Source: a virus
DNA: 38,238 nucleotides
Virus record (IMG/VR): IMGVR_UViG_3300043640_000112
Location: 1 to 38,238 of that record
Strand: one strand, 5' to 3'
The translations under genes and the position numbers were made by a program. How positions within the stretch are numbered: the stretch's first letter is position 1; each line of letters begins with the position of its first letter. Below are positions 7,897 through 17,410 of this stretch, one piece after another. The notes beneath the pieces were generated by a model. It did not search any database, was not told the origin of the DNA, and saw nothing but the letters and a program-made list of their open reading frames with translations.

Positions 7897-9144
7897 ATGG
7901 CCAATGTATTTCGTGAAACTCAATATGTATTAGATGACGTCTTCATCCGATTTTGGAATAGTTTAGCTTTCGCAAGAACCGCTAACAGAAACCTCGAAGG
8001 TGACTTCAAAAACCTCAGATTTGCAACCGGTCAAACACTTGATTATCGCTTAGAAGAAAGATATCTAGCCGGTGAAGGCGCTACAGCCACAGCAGAAGCA
8101 CGCGTGCAGGTCATTCGACCACTTTCTATCACTAAACAATTCCGAACAATGATTGAATATACAGGTTTCAACCTGACATTCGATCGAGCTCGAGATGAAC
8201 CCTATTTAGAAATGGCAAATGCTCCGCGTGCTAAGCGTCTTGCTAATTTAGTCGAAAACTTCATTGCTGATTCATTTCAAACACAAGTTTATCAATCTGT
8301 AGGAACTCCAGGCGTTCCGGTAGATTTTAATACTATTTTAACTGCCGATGCACTTATGACGCAGCTGGGTATTCCAGAAGATGGTAAAAGGTATTCCGCT
8401 GTGCCCCCTAGAGTATCAGCTAATCTAAATAATGACCTATTTAATGTATTCAACAACACAGTTAATACTGGTGCATTGATTGATGGTTTCGTAGGACATT
8501 TATCAGGCTTTGATTTCTTTAAAACTAACTTCTTAAAACGTCAAATAGCTGGGGCCGGTGAAGCTGGTGGTTCGCCTCCTGCTGGCATGTTATTAGGTGG
8601 TCTTGTAACTAATGGTCCAATCGTTGGCGGTAATACAATTGCTGTAGGTAGTTTAGGCCAATCACCAGGGACTGTTGTATTTAATGTAGGTGATGTTATC
8701 CAAGTGGCACCCGCTGCGGGTGTCTATATGGTCAATCCTTTGACTTATGAGCCCATCTATGAAGCGCCTGCACAGTTCGTTGTTACTTCACAAGTAATCA
8801 CCTCTGATGGTGCTACGGCAACAATCCCTGTTAACCCCACAATCGTTATTGACGGTGCGCGTCAAAACATTAGTGCTGCTATTCCAAATGGTGCACAAAT
8901 GTTGTTGTATGCATCTCACAACGTCTCACTTGCTTACCATACTCAATCTGTGGTCTTTGCCGCTCCTCCTATCAAAGAACTTCGAGGTGGTGTTGAGGCT
9001 GTGACTAGATATTCTGATTTGTACAAGTTAGCGATGACCTACTCTTTGGGTGCGGACATCCGAAACTACGAACAGTTAGATCGTATCGATGTTATATGCG
9101 GTGTGGCAATTAACCCTGAGTTTGCTGTGATGATTATGTCCTAA
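7897..9144 (+). CDS. Major capsid protein
   Basis: 415 aa, follows the scaffold gene, has a strong ribosome-binding site (CAGGGAG), and is followed by a strong terminator. Confidence 0.8.
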   Translation: MANVFRETQYVLDDVFIRFWNSLAFARTANRNLEGDFKNLRFATGQTLDYRLEERYLAGEGATATAEARVQVIRPLSITKQFRTMIEYTGFNLTFDRARDEPYLEMANAPRAKRLANLVENFIADSFQTQVYQSVGTPGVPVDFNTILTADALMTQLGIPEDGKRYSAVPPRVSANLNNDLFNVFNNTVNTGALIDGFVGHLSGFDFFKTNFLKRQIAGAGEAGGSPPAGMLLGGLVTNGPIVGGNTIAVGSLGQSPGTVVFNVGDVIQVAPAAGVYMVNPLTYEPIYEAPAQFVVTSQVITSDGATATIPVNPTIVIDGARQNISAAIPNGAQMLLYASHNVSLAYHTQSVVFAAPPIKELRGGVEAVTRYSDLYKLAMTYSLGADIRNYEQLDRIDVICGVAINPEFAVMIMS

Positions 9145-9147
9145 CTA

Positions 9148-9185
9148 AAAATTGACACAGTGCTTTTTTAGGCTGTGTCAATTTT
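9148..9185 (+). terminator. Rho-independent terminator after the capsid gene
   Basis: A 13-bp stem AAAATTGACACAG/CTGTGTCAATTTT with a 12-nt loop. The T-run forms the end of the stem. Confidence 0.7.
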
Positions 9186-9209
9186 ATGCTTGATTAAAAC
9201 AGGGAGTTA

Positions 9210-9458
9210 ATGATGCGCATACAACGTACAGATGAAATGATTATATATTTAGGAAAATCAGTTTCTCGAAAAGCCTTTAGAGTATTTGTTTATGCTAAAG
9301 ATGGGCGCCAAAGGATTGCTGAATCTTATGAAGAATTTGATTTACTTACTCACAATCAAGAATGGTTTGCCACAAAAGAAGAAGCAATAGCACCAAAAAA
9401 AGAAGTTATTGAGGAACCAAAAGAATTTGTAAAGCTCCGTAAAAAAACGGGGGGATAA
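9210..9458 (+). CDS. Hypothetical protein (82 aa)
   Basis: ORF with an AGGGAG ribosome-binding site, coupled to the next gene by ATAATG. Confidence 0.5.
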   Translation: MMRIQRTDEMIIYLGKSVSRKAFRVFVYAKDGRQRIAESYEEFDLLTHNQEWFATKEEAIAPKKEVIEEPKEFVKLRKKTGG

Positions 9459-10399
9459 TGGCTTACACATTCAGAGACTTTGCTTTTCAAATGTATCGTC
9501 TAATAAATGCTTCCAATCCTACAACGCCTTTGCATGGTGATGATGAAAAGCTCTGTTTACAGGTCTTAAATCAGCTCATGCAAGCCTATGCTGGTAATGG
9601 GCAAATGTTGACGATTGCGAAAACTCTGAATTGCCCAATTAATAACGATATTCATACAATTCGATTTGTTGATAACAATTATCCAACCGATACCATTATG
9701 ACAGAAATTGTGGCGCTTGTTACGGCTTCTCCCCTAATTACAGTCGCTAATGGTACGCTTTATAATATAGGCGATTTGGTTTCGGGAAATGGGATACCCG
9801 CATTAACAGTTATCATAAATATTGATGGAAATATACTCACATTAAGTAATAATTCAACAATTACAGGCTCATCTACATTAACGTTTATTCGACCTAATGT
9901 AATACCTGGCATTGTATTTATTAAACAAGGCCGTTTAGCAAATTTAGATAATGCTTGGTTAATTCTTTCAGGAGTGACTTATCCGCTTATTGATAAATCT
10001 CGTGATGATTTTCTAGCGGCTTGGAAGTACGAACCTTTAAAAGGGCTTCCTAGATTTGCCATCGTATTTCCGAATACAGAATATGTTGATATTCAGTTAT
10101 ATCCTGCTCCTAGTCAGTTCTTTGAATTCTTTTGCCGCGGTAAATTTCAATTATCTGAATATACAAAAGACTCTGATATGTCAAATTTGCCTCAGTATTT
10201 CATTCGATTCCTGCTGTTCGCCGGTGCACGTGACGTTTGCATGTACAAAGGAAGATCCGAAGCGTGGACCCCAAAACACGAGCAATTTTATCAAGAAGCC
10301 TATGATATCATGGTATCAACTAGCGAAATGAATCTTTCAATTACAGGTGATGAACAATCTCTCTTAAATGGAGCATGGCGTGTAAAAGCCGGAATTTAG
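9458..10399 (+). CDS. Tail adaptor / head-to-tail protein candidate carrying an inserted ~60-aa GxGIP module
   Basis: Its position after the capsid gene matches gp4 in P22-type order. Residues about 85-146 resemble the tandem module in the fibre gene 17411-19228. Confidence 0.45.
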   Translation: MAYTFRDFAFQMYRLINASNPTTPLHGDDEKLCLQVLNQLMQAYAGNGQMLTIAKTLNCPINNDIHTIRFVDNNYPTDTIMTEIVALVTASPLITVANGTLYNIGDLVSGNGIPALTVIINIDGNILTLSNNSTITGSSTLTFIRPNVIPGIVFIKQGRLANLDNAWLILSGVTYPLIDKSRDDFLAAWKYEPLKGLPRFAIVFPNTEYVDIQLYPAPSQFFEFFCRGKFQLSEYTKDSDMSNLPQYFIRFLLFAGARDVCMYKGRSEAWTPKHEQFYQEAYDIMVSTSEMNLSITGDEQSLLNGAWRVKAGI

Positions 10400-10458
10400 C
10401 GGTGATTGGAGAGTTAGTATTAATTAATATATAATAAATCTTTTTAGGAGGGTTTATT

Positions 10459-11202
10459 ATGAATGAAATTAATGGTTTTAAAATTATTGAAAAATTGGAT
10501 AAAGGATATGTAATTGCTAAATGTAAAGAATGTCTAAAAGATTGGAGGGTTTACATTTACACATTGAATAATAAAAAAAGTTGCGGATGTAATAGCTGGA
10601 GTCAATTGAAACCGCTCCCTGAATTTATAAATGGATTCAAAATAATAAAATGTTTTGGATATGATAAGTTGAAGGGAAGAAGGGCACTTGTTGAATGTAA
10701 AGTATGTAAAATTGAATATGAAGTTGACCCAACAAAGCTTAAATATAGACAACATTGTGGGTGTATGAAAAAAAATATTATTGCATGTAAATATGCAAAA
10801 TCTCATCCACAATTAGCTCAGGCAATAAAACATATGCTTGGTAGATGTTATAACGAAAATGATAAGGATTATTATAATTACGGTGCCAAAGGCATTACAG
10901 TGTGTGATGAATGGAGGCAGGATAGAAATAAATTTTGCGAGTGGTCATTAGCTAATGGATTTAGAAATGAAGAATTACTGTCAATTGATAGGATTGATGG
11001 TAGTAAAGGTTACTGTCCAGACAATTGCAGATGGACAAATGCCAAAGAACAAGGACGTAATACGCGAAGAAACGTATTAAATATGAAGTTAGCCGAAGAA
11101 ATAAGGAATTCAACGATGTCAAAGGTGGAGTTAGCAAAAAAATATAAAGTAAGCTGGTCAACTATTTGGCTGGTAATAAATAATCGCATATGGATTAAAT
11201 AA
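10459..11202 (+). CDS. Free-standing HNH/homing-endonuclease-like DNA-binding protein
   Basis: Duplicated zinc-ribbon units (INGFKII...CKxC...CGC, twice). Core YNYGAKGITVCDEWRQDRNKFCEWSLANGF...LSIDRIDGSKGYCPDNCRWTNAKEQGRNTRRN. C-terminal HTH-like tail. Lower G+C than the flanking genes. Confidence 0.65.
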   Translation: MNEINGFKIIEKLDKGYVIAKCKECLKDWRVYIYTLNNKKSCGCNSWSQLKPLPEFINGFKIIKCFGYDKLKGRRALVECKVCKIEYEVDPTKLKYRQHCGCMKKNIIACKYAKSHPQLAQAIKHMLGRCYNENDKDYYNYGAKGITVCDEWRQDRNKFCEWSLANGFRNEELLSIDRIDGSKGYCPDNCRWTNAKEQGRNTRRNVLNMKLAEEIRNSTMSKVELAKKYKVSWSTIWLVINNRIWIK

Positions 11203-12974
11203 TGCCTATTCAATCGCTTCCGATATTCTGCTACTACGATGTTCAACGGTTTACGCAATTTGGTTCTATGGATTGTGCCAATTGGTATGGAATTCAAGTA
11301 GAAGCAGCTAAAAAAAAACAAGCTTTATATCCTGCAATGGGAAGAAAGCATGTTAATTATTTGAATGAAAATCGGCTTGTATTTGACACAGAACCTCGAG
11401 ATGAATTTAGAACAATTAATTATATGTACATAATAGAAGGAACAGAAGTTATACAGTATGATTTATTTTTTAATGCCAGAACTATAGGAAGTATTGGTTT
11501 AACCGGAACACTTTGGTTTGCTTATTTGCCTGTAGGAAATACTGTTTATGCGTTATTAACAAATGGAGTAAATATTTACATAATAACGGAAACTGGCACT
11601 ACAGTGACTTTTCAAATATGTACCGACACAAATGCCCCTATAAAGCCTCAATATGTGGCAGCATTTGGTAGCCGATTTGTTGTAAGCCAAATGGATACGC
11701 CAATAAATTATCTTACTCAGATTAACTTAGGAGGTTCTCCTCCTGTTGATCCGGCTAAGATTTTTACTATTCCTGACGGAGGTTCTGGATTTCCCCTGTT
11801 TTTCAGTTCCTCAGGAATTGTACGGTCTTATGCTGTATTACATAGCCAATTATATATTTTTACAGATTTCTCCACAGATATTTGGGCAAATATTGCAACA
11901 CAAATCACAGTAGCAGGTGTTACACGTGAGTTTCCATGGAAAATTAATACTTCATATAATTGGGATTATGGTATTGCTGACCCTTTAAGCCTATCTGTAG
12001 ATTTTGGAAGAATGGTATGGCTTGGTAAAAACTTAAATGGTCTTGTATCATTTATGTCTTCTGATGGCGGTCAACCTGTAGATATATCAACTCAAGCTAT
12101 TAATGTATTACTTGAAAATGCTTCTGATACTGATACAGGAATTAGTCCATTTTTGCGATTAACTACTGATGGTTTTCTATATCAATATGAGAACACTATA
12201 TTTTATAGAGCTTCAGCAGGTATTTATGATAATACAGAGTTACTTGACCCAACAACATCTGCTAATTCAATTGAATATAACTTTGAAACAAAAACGTGGG
12301 GTCGTGTTATTGAATTAAATGGCAGTCGTTGCCGGATTCAAAAACATGTATATTTTAATAATAAACATTTGGTAATTGTACAAGGCGATCCAGCTATTTA
12401 TGAAATGGCAGGCAATATCTACTATAATGAAACTAGAAATATTGCACAGACTAATATTCAAGCATCAGATGCTTTCTTAAAGTTTCCCATGCGTTATGAA
12501 TTAGTTACTCAACAAATTTTTCAGGAAGATTATTCGGAGTTCATTGATGATTATGTCGAGATTGACTTTGTATTTGGGAATCAAACGTTTTATCGTAACA
12601 ATGCGCCGTTTCTTAATACGGAGTTTATTGTTAGTGAAACGTCTACGCCGACAACTCCTGTTTACATGGTTACCGAAGACGATAAGTTTATCATTACGGA
12701 AGGTTCTAATACGCCTTCGTTTGAAGATACTCATTACAATGCCTTATTTAAACCTCACATTGAGCTATATTACTCTGATGACGGTGGTGTTTCTTTTATT
12801 ACAGGTGATCTTCGGGAGTTTAGCCCTCTGGGACAATATAGATGGCGGATGCGCTGGTATGAACTCGGAATCAGTCGAAACCGATGCTATAAGCTCATTT
12901 GTGTTAGCTCAGCGCCTATAGTTATATTAGGAGCTGTTAGAAACACAAGACGTGCAAGTGGAGGTGCAAACTAA
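11202..12974 (+). CDS. Tail hub / tubular protein candidate (590 aa)
   Basis: Position matches gp10 in P22-type order. Composition is beta-rich. The start overlaps the HNH gene stop as TAATG. Confidence 0.45.
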   Translation: MPIQSLPIFCYYDVQRFTQFGSMDCANWYGIQVEAAKKKQALYPAMGRKHVNYLNENRLVFDTEPRDEFRTINYMYIIEGTEVIQYDLFFNARTIGSIGLTGTLWFAYLPVGNTVYALLTNGVNIYIITETGTTVTFQICTDTNAPIKPQYVAAFGSRFVVSQMDTPINYLTQINLGGSPPVDPAKIFTIPDGGSGFPLFFSSSGIVRSYAVLHSQLYIFTDFSTDIWANIATQITVAGVTREFPWKINTSYNWDYGIADPLSLSVDFGRMVWLGKNLNGLVSFMSSDGGQPVDISTQAINVLLENASDTDTGISPFLRLTTDGFLYQYENTIFYRASAGIYDNTELLDPTTSANSIEYNFETKTWGRVIELNGSRCRIQKHVYFNNKHLVIVQGDPAIYEMAGNIYYNETRNIAQTNIQASDAFLKFPMRYELVTQQIFQEDYSEFIDDYVEIDFVFGNQTFYRNNAPFLNTEFIVSETSTPTTPVYMVTEDDKFIITEGSNTPSFEDTHYNALFKPHIELYYSDDGGVSFITGDLREFSPLGQYRWRMRWYELGISRNRCYKLICVSSAPIVILGAVRNTRRASGGAN

Positions 12975-13267
12975 TGACTATATTTTTAGACAGAATAGAT
13001 GCGGCTCCAGTTCTAGGCAATGTATTTGAATATCCTTTTGCGACATGGCTTGCTGTATTGGTGAATGTGCTTAATGAAAATATACAAGATATTCAAAACG
13101 ATTTTAATTTATTACAAGCACAAAGTTATACAAGTACACAAATAACTGACATGTTTACAGCAGGAACATTGGTCAATGGTGTACTCTTATATGATTCAGT
13201 ATTAAACGTTTATGTAGGGATGCAAAACGGCACTTTAGTAAAGTTTACAACAAATGCATACCCATGA
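12974..13267 (+). CDS. Hypothetical tail-associated protein (97 aa)
   Basis: ORF coupled to the upstream gene by CTAATG. The C-terminus GVLLYDSVLNVYVGMQNGTLVKF resembles the short motif seen in the fibre proteins. Confidence 0.45.
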   Translation: MTIFLDRIDAAPVLGNVFEYPFATWLAVLVNVLNENIQDIQNDFNLLQAQSYTSTQITDMFTAGTLVNGVLLYDSVLNVYVGMQNGTLVKFTTNAYP

Positions 13268-13284
13268 TGTTCCACGTGGAACAT
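13267..13284. promoter_or_regulatory. 18-bp perfect palindrome ATGTTCCACGTGGAACAT (copy 1)
   Basis: Read directly. It overlaps the last base of the upstream stop and lies 19 nt before the ATG at 13303. A second copy is at 19589-19608. Confidence 0.6.
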
Positions 13285-13302
13285 TAGTAAAAGGAGATTA
13301 AT

Positions 13303-13953
13303 ATGGGTTGGTTAGACAGTTTTCTTCATCCAGAAAAAGGATATCAAGCGGGTCAATCAGAGCTTGAAAAATATTATCAACAAGCCCAACAAGGATTACA
13401 GCCATATAATCAACATGGGCAAGAAGCTTATGGTGGATTATCTGATGCTATGAAACAATTATTGGACCCTCAGGCATTGCAAGATAAATGGTCCAAGGGA
13501 TATCAAGAAAGTGGTGCTGCTAAACAAAATGAAGCGATGGCATCTCAGCATGGATTAGATGCTGCAAGTTCTATGGGACTTATGGGCTCTTCTCCCGCAC
13601 TGCAAGCTATACAATCTGGAACGGCTGGAATTGGTGCTCAAGATAAACAGCAATATATGAACGATCTTATGCAAAAATATATGCAAGGAACTGGGATTGC
13701 TGGAAATGTCTACGGCCAAGGCTTAAATGCAGCCGGTCAAATGAGTAATAATGCTATGAACATGGGCCAAAATTCCGCTGGTATGGCATATGGTCAGCAA
13801 AATTCCCCAGGTAATCTGTTGGCGAGCATTCTAGGGGGTGCAGGTGGATTATTTGGCAGCGCATTAGGAGGACCAATGGGCGGCATGCTTGGTGAAAAAA
13901 TGGGATGGGGTAAATATCAACCATCTAATTCCTGGCATACAGGAGGACAATAA
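13303..13953 (+). CDS. Gly/Gln/Met-rich internal virion (ejection) protein candidate
   Basis: Low-complexity 216-aa protein. Position and size parallel P22 gp7. Confidence 0.5.
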   Translation: MGWLDSFLHPEKGYQAGQSELEKYYQQAQQGLQPYNQHGQEAYGGLSDAMKQLLDPQALQDKWSKGYQESGAAKQNEAMASQHGLDAASSMGLMGSSPALQAIQSGTAGIGAQDKQQYMNDLMQKYMQGTGIAGNVYGQGLNAAGQMSNNAMNMGQNSAGMAYGQQNSPGNLLASILGGAGGLFGSALGGPMGGMLGEKMGWGKYQPSNSWHTGGQ

Positions 13954-15062
13954 TGGTTACAGGAATTCCATTACCAGGCCAACCAGGCGAAGCATTATTA
14001 AAAGGCATAAATAGCGGCTCTAGCATGTTTTCACGCCTAATGCAGCCTGTGCTTGAGCGTGAAAAACAAAAACAATTAGAAGAACATTTTCAAGAGCAAT
14101 TAAAACTTAGTAAAGCTGCTTCAGGACGTGCTGCACAATCTGCTGCAGATGCACATCGTAAAATGGATCCAAAATGGCAAATGCAACAATTACAACAAAA
14201 AATTGCATATCTTAATTCATTAAGAGGTCAAAATAGCAATCAATCGGCACAAGGAGTTACGCCGGAAGGCTCTCCTCAAGACATGATGAAATTATTAGGT
14301 GATGAGCAACAAGAAATGTCTCAAGGCCAAGGCGCGCTTATGCCAGAAGAAGAGTCTCAGAAAATAATGCCTCAAACTCAGAAAATGGCTGCTCAAAATC
14401 AAGGAACTGGTCAATTGCCTGCTGGTTTAAATATAGATGAGATTATCAAAGGTCTTACTTATCAATCACTGGGATTAAAACAACCTGCGAATGGAATTTA
14501 TAAAGAACCTCCAGAATTGAAGCGTCGAAATGATTTGAAAACCAAAATGGATGAGGCCAAATATAAACATGATTTGAAGATTGAGGAAGCAAAGACGGCG
14601 GCTGATTTAAAGAATGAACAAACACATCATAAAGTTATAGAAGATGCCAGAAATGATTTGCCGCATCTCAATGAAACATTACGCTCATTAAAAATCATGA
14701 AAAAGATTGCTGATGATCCGGCTAACAAAGATTTGTTTGGACATTGGATTGAAGGGCATGATACGGCGGCAAAACGTGCTAAAAATCCTAATGCGGGTAC
14801 TTGGCAAGTCTACGGTCTTGACCCTATCGTTGCGGCTGAAATGAAGATGGCAGCGCGGGGTAACCAGCTTGCTTTGAAAAGCGCTTTAAGTAATAAGGCA
14901 AACTTTGCAGAAGACCAAGGCGTTGCGGCATCTAAAATCAATGGCGCTATCGATAAGATTAGCCGTCAGATTAAAGAAATGTCTCGAATTGCCAATGACG
15001 GCAGTGATGACTTTTCAAAAATGAGTGATGAGGAATTGCGGGCGATTGCAGGGGGCAAATAA
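13953..15062 (+). CDS. Internal virion (ejection) protein candidate
   Basis: 369 aa, coiled-coil and Q-rich, translationally coupled (TAATG). Position parallels P22 gp20. Confidence 0.5.
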   Translation: MVTGIPLPGQPGEALLKGINSGSSMFSRLMQPVLEREKQKQLEEHFQEQLKLSKAASGRAAQSAADAHRKMDPKWQMQQLQQKIAYLNSLRGQNSNQSAQGVTPEGSPQDMMKLLGDEQQEMSQGQGALMPEEESQKIMPQTQKMAAQNQGTGQLPAGLNIDEIIKGLTYQSLGLKQPANGIYKEPPELKRRNDLKTKMDEAKYKHDLKIEEAKTAADLKNEQTHHKVIEDARNDLPHLNETLRSLKIMKKIADDPANKDLFGHWIEGHDTAAKRAKNPNAGTWQVYGLDPIVAAEMKMAARGNQLALKSALSNKANFAEDQGVAASKINGAIDKISRQIKEMSRIANDGSDDFSKMSDEELRAIAGGK

Positions 15063-17275
15063 TGGCCTATACAGAAGAGCAACGACGAACAGCACGCCAA
15101 GAGCTTGCGCGACGTGAAATAGCTCGCCGTCAACAAGCTAATCCTCAGCAAGCCGAAGAAGAGGAAGATATACCTTATACTCCTCCTCCAAAAAGAACAG
15201 GATGGGAAAGCATTGGTGAAGATATCGGAGAATTGCCAGGCAAAGCGCTCGATTATGCAATGGATTTGCAGAATCAAATCGGTCAATCTGGTGGTCAGGT
15301 TTATAACAAACCAGGTCGAGCGCTTAAAAACTTATTGGCGGGCGTTGGTGAATTGGGTATTGGTACATTGAACTTTCCCCATGAAGCTATTAAATATCTG
15401 GGCGAAAAGAATGTTATTCCCGAAGGGCTTAAAAAATACAATGAATTGCCATTTACTCATATACCTGATTTAGGTATTGAGAAAGCTATGGGACTTAATA
15501 AGGCTCATGAAGGCGATCAATTCTTACGTCAATTACCTGGTCTTATTGCGGGTGGTAAAGCCCTGAGATCAATTCCAGGCGTGAAGGGTTCAGGTAAAAA
15601 AATAGCAGCTCAATTCCAACATGGCCCTCTCAAAAGAAAAGTTGAAGCGCTTGAGAAACAGCACGAAGTAGCAACCGGAGAACATACGGCGGCTACGGGC
15701 GAATATAACGCTTTAAAAGACTTTTTAGAGAGTCAAGCGGGCTTTGAGACAAGTAACCCTAATGCATTGACTAGGAAGGCCACAGAAGCCCAGCAAGCAC
15801 TGAAAGGACTTCAAGAGCAATCAGCAGCAGTACCAGAAGCATTGCGTGCCACAGAAGAGCCTGTAGCTCCTCAAAAAACGCCTTTGTCATTGGTTGAGCC
15901 TGTGCGAGCCGGTGAAAAGCCTGAAATCAGTGAAGAACCTATTAGACAGGCTGAGAGTTTACTTAAAACTAATGCTCAAAAATCTGACGAACATGAAGCA
16001 GCCATTTCTCAGCATTTAGGAGAAGGTAATGCACATCGTAAACGAGTCGCAGAAAAATTGAATCCCATTCTTGAAGAAAGACAGGCTGAAATCGGAAAAG
16101 GCTATGATAAATACATTAATGGTCTTAAAGATAAGCAAGTTACTTTAACTAATCCTCGGGAAGCCAAGGCAATAACCCAAGACATTCATAAGCTTTTAAA
16201 AGAGGGTGACACTTCATCTAAAGAAATGATTAGGCTCACTGATGAACTGGCTAATCTTGGAAAGGGCGAAACGATGCCCGCAGATAAATTTGTATCAGCC
16301 TATCGAAGCTTGCGAGGGATGGCGCAAAAAACTCGTTCTAGCGCTTACGGAAAATCACCCCAGGAGTTTGACAGGCTAATAGAAGCAGCCGATTCAATGG
16401 ATGCTGACGTTGGTAGGATGAAAAAAATTATTGATTCAGGTCTTGGTGAAGATAATTTGGAAGAATTAGGAAAGTTGAATCACCGTTATGCTACGGAAGT
16501 CGCCCCATTATTTAAAAATAAATTCTTCCAGCACATGCAAGCGAATAATAAAGCGCCTACAAATATGATAGAGCAGCTCACTAATGAACCCTATATCAAA
16601 TCGACCAATCCCAATAAAGTAACGGGTACGCAGATTTTGAATGAGATTATAAAAGCCGATCCTGAACTATTACAAAATGTAGTAGGAGAGCGATTTGCAC
16701 ATAAACCGGAATCATTGCATCAATGGGATGAAGCAGCGCATAGTTTTATTCAACATATGCCTGAACTGCAAGAATTACGTGGAAAGCATTTTGAAGCTAA
16801 ACAAGCTGAGGCACAATCTAAGCTCGATTTAGACCGCGTTAAACAAGAACATCAAATGCAACGTGAACAAGTCGATGCAGTTCATCGCAAAGAGATTCAG
16901 AAAGCTTCTGAACAGACTCGCGCAAAAAAAGCTGAGGTTCACAAAGAAAACGTAGCTAAGGATGAAGAACATAAGGCCAAGGCCAAATACTATAAAATGC
17001 AACAAGAAATGAAGGCGCTTGATGAACGTCATACTAAATTAACTGACAGTGCTAAAAAGATGAAAGAAAAGTCTAGGCGTAAAAATATATCGCTCAAGGA
17101 GAAATTAGACATTGAGCATCAATTGTCACAAACTAAGAAGCAATTGGGAGCAATTGAAAAAGATAGAGCACGATTAAAGAAAACAGGAAAGGTTATCGGA
17201 GGCACAGCAGTAACGTTAGCTGTGGGAGCACCGATTTATAAAAAAGCTAAGTCTATCGTAGAATTGGGCGATTAA
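15062..17275 (+). CDS. Large internal virion (ejection) protein candidate with a C-terminal hydrophobic segment
   Basis: 737 aa, highly charged and helical. C-terminal segment VIGGTAVTLAVGAPIY. Position parallels P22 gp16. Confidence 0.55.
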   Translation: MAYTEEQRRTARQELARREIARRQQANPQQAEEEEDIPYTPPPKRTGWESIGEDIGELPGKALDYAMDLQNQIGQSGGQVYNKPGRALKNLLAGVGELGIGTLNFPHEAIKYLGEKNVIPEGLKKYNELPFTHIPDLGIEKAMGLNKAHEGDQFLRQLPGLIAGGKALRSIPGVKGSGKKIAAQFQHGPLKRKVEALEKQHEVATGEHTAATGEYNALKDFLESQAGFETSNPNALTRKATEAQQALKGLQEQSAAVPEALRATEEPVAPQKTPLSLVEPVRAGEKPEISEEPIRQAESLLKTNAQKSDEHEAAISQHLGEGNAHRKRVAEKLNPILEERQAEIGKGYDKYINGLKDKQVTLTNPREAKAITQDIHKLLKEGDTSSKEMIRLTDELANLGKGETMPADKFVSAYRSLRGMAQKTRSSAYGKSPQEFDRLIEAADSMDADVGRMKKIIDSGLGEDNLEELGKLNHRYATEVAPLFKNKFFQHMQANNKAPTNMIEQLTNEPYIKSTNPNKVTGTQILNEIIKADPELLQNVVGERFAHKPESLHQWDEAAHSFIQHMPELQELRGKHFEAKQAEAQSKLDLDRVKQEHQMQREQVDAVHRKEIQKASEQTRAKKAEVHKENVAKDEEHKAKAKYYKMQQEMKALDERHTKLTDSAKKMKEKSRRKNISLKEKLDIEHQLSQTKKQLGAIEKDRARLKKTGKVIGGTAVTLAVGAPIYKKAKSIVELGD

Positions 17276-17410
17276 TCTTCAAGGACGAAGACATAAAACG
17301 ACCAGGCCGCAAAGACTAGAATTGACAGTATAAAGCCCATGGAAGTTTCCTATAAAAATTGCATTATATAAAAAATTTGTGCAAAAAACAAGCATTATAA
17401 GGATATAAAG

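Noticed and set aside
12544-12921. 125-aa alternative-frame ORF inside the tail hub gene
   Set aside because: Arg/Leu-rich composition typical of an off-frame translation, no ribosome-binding site, and fully nested in a better gene.
17276-17410. Sigma70 promoter upstream of the tail-collar fibre (TTGACA at about 17321)
   Set aside because: The nearest -10-like hexamers are at the wrong spacing (13 or 23 nt), so no supported promoter call is made.
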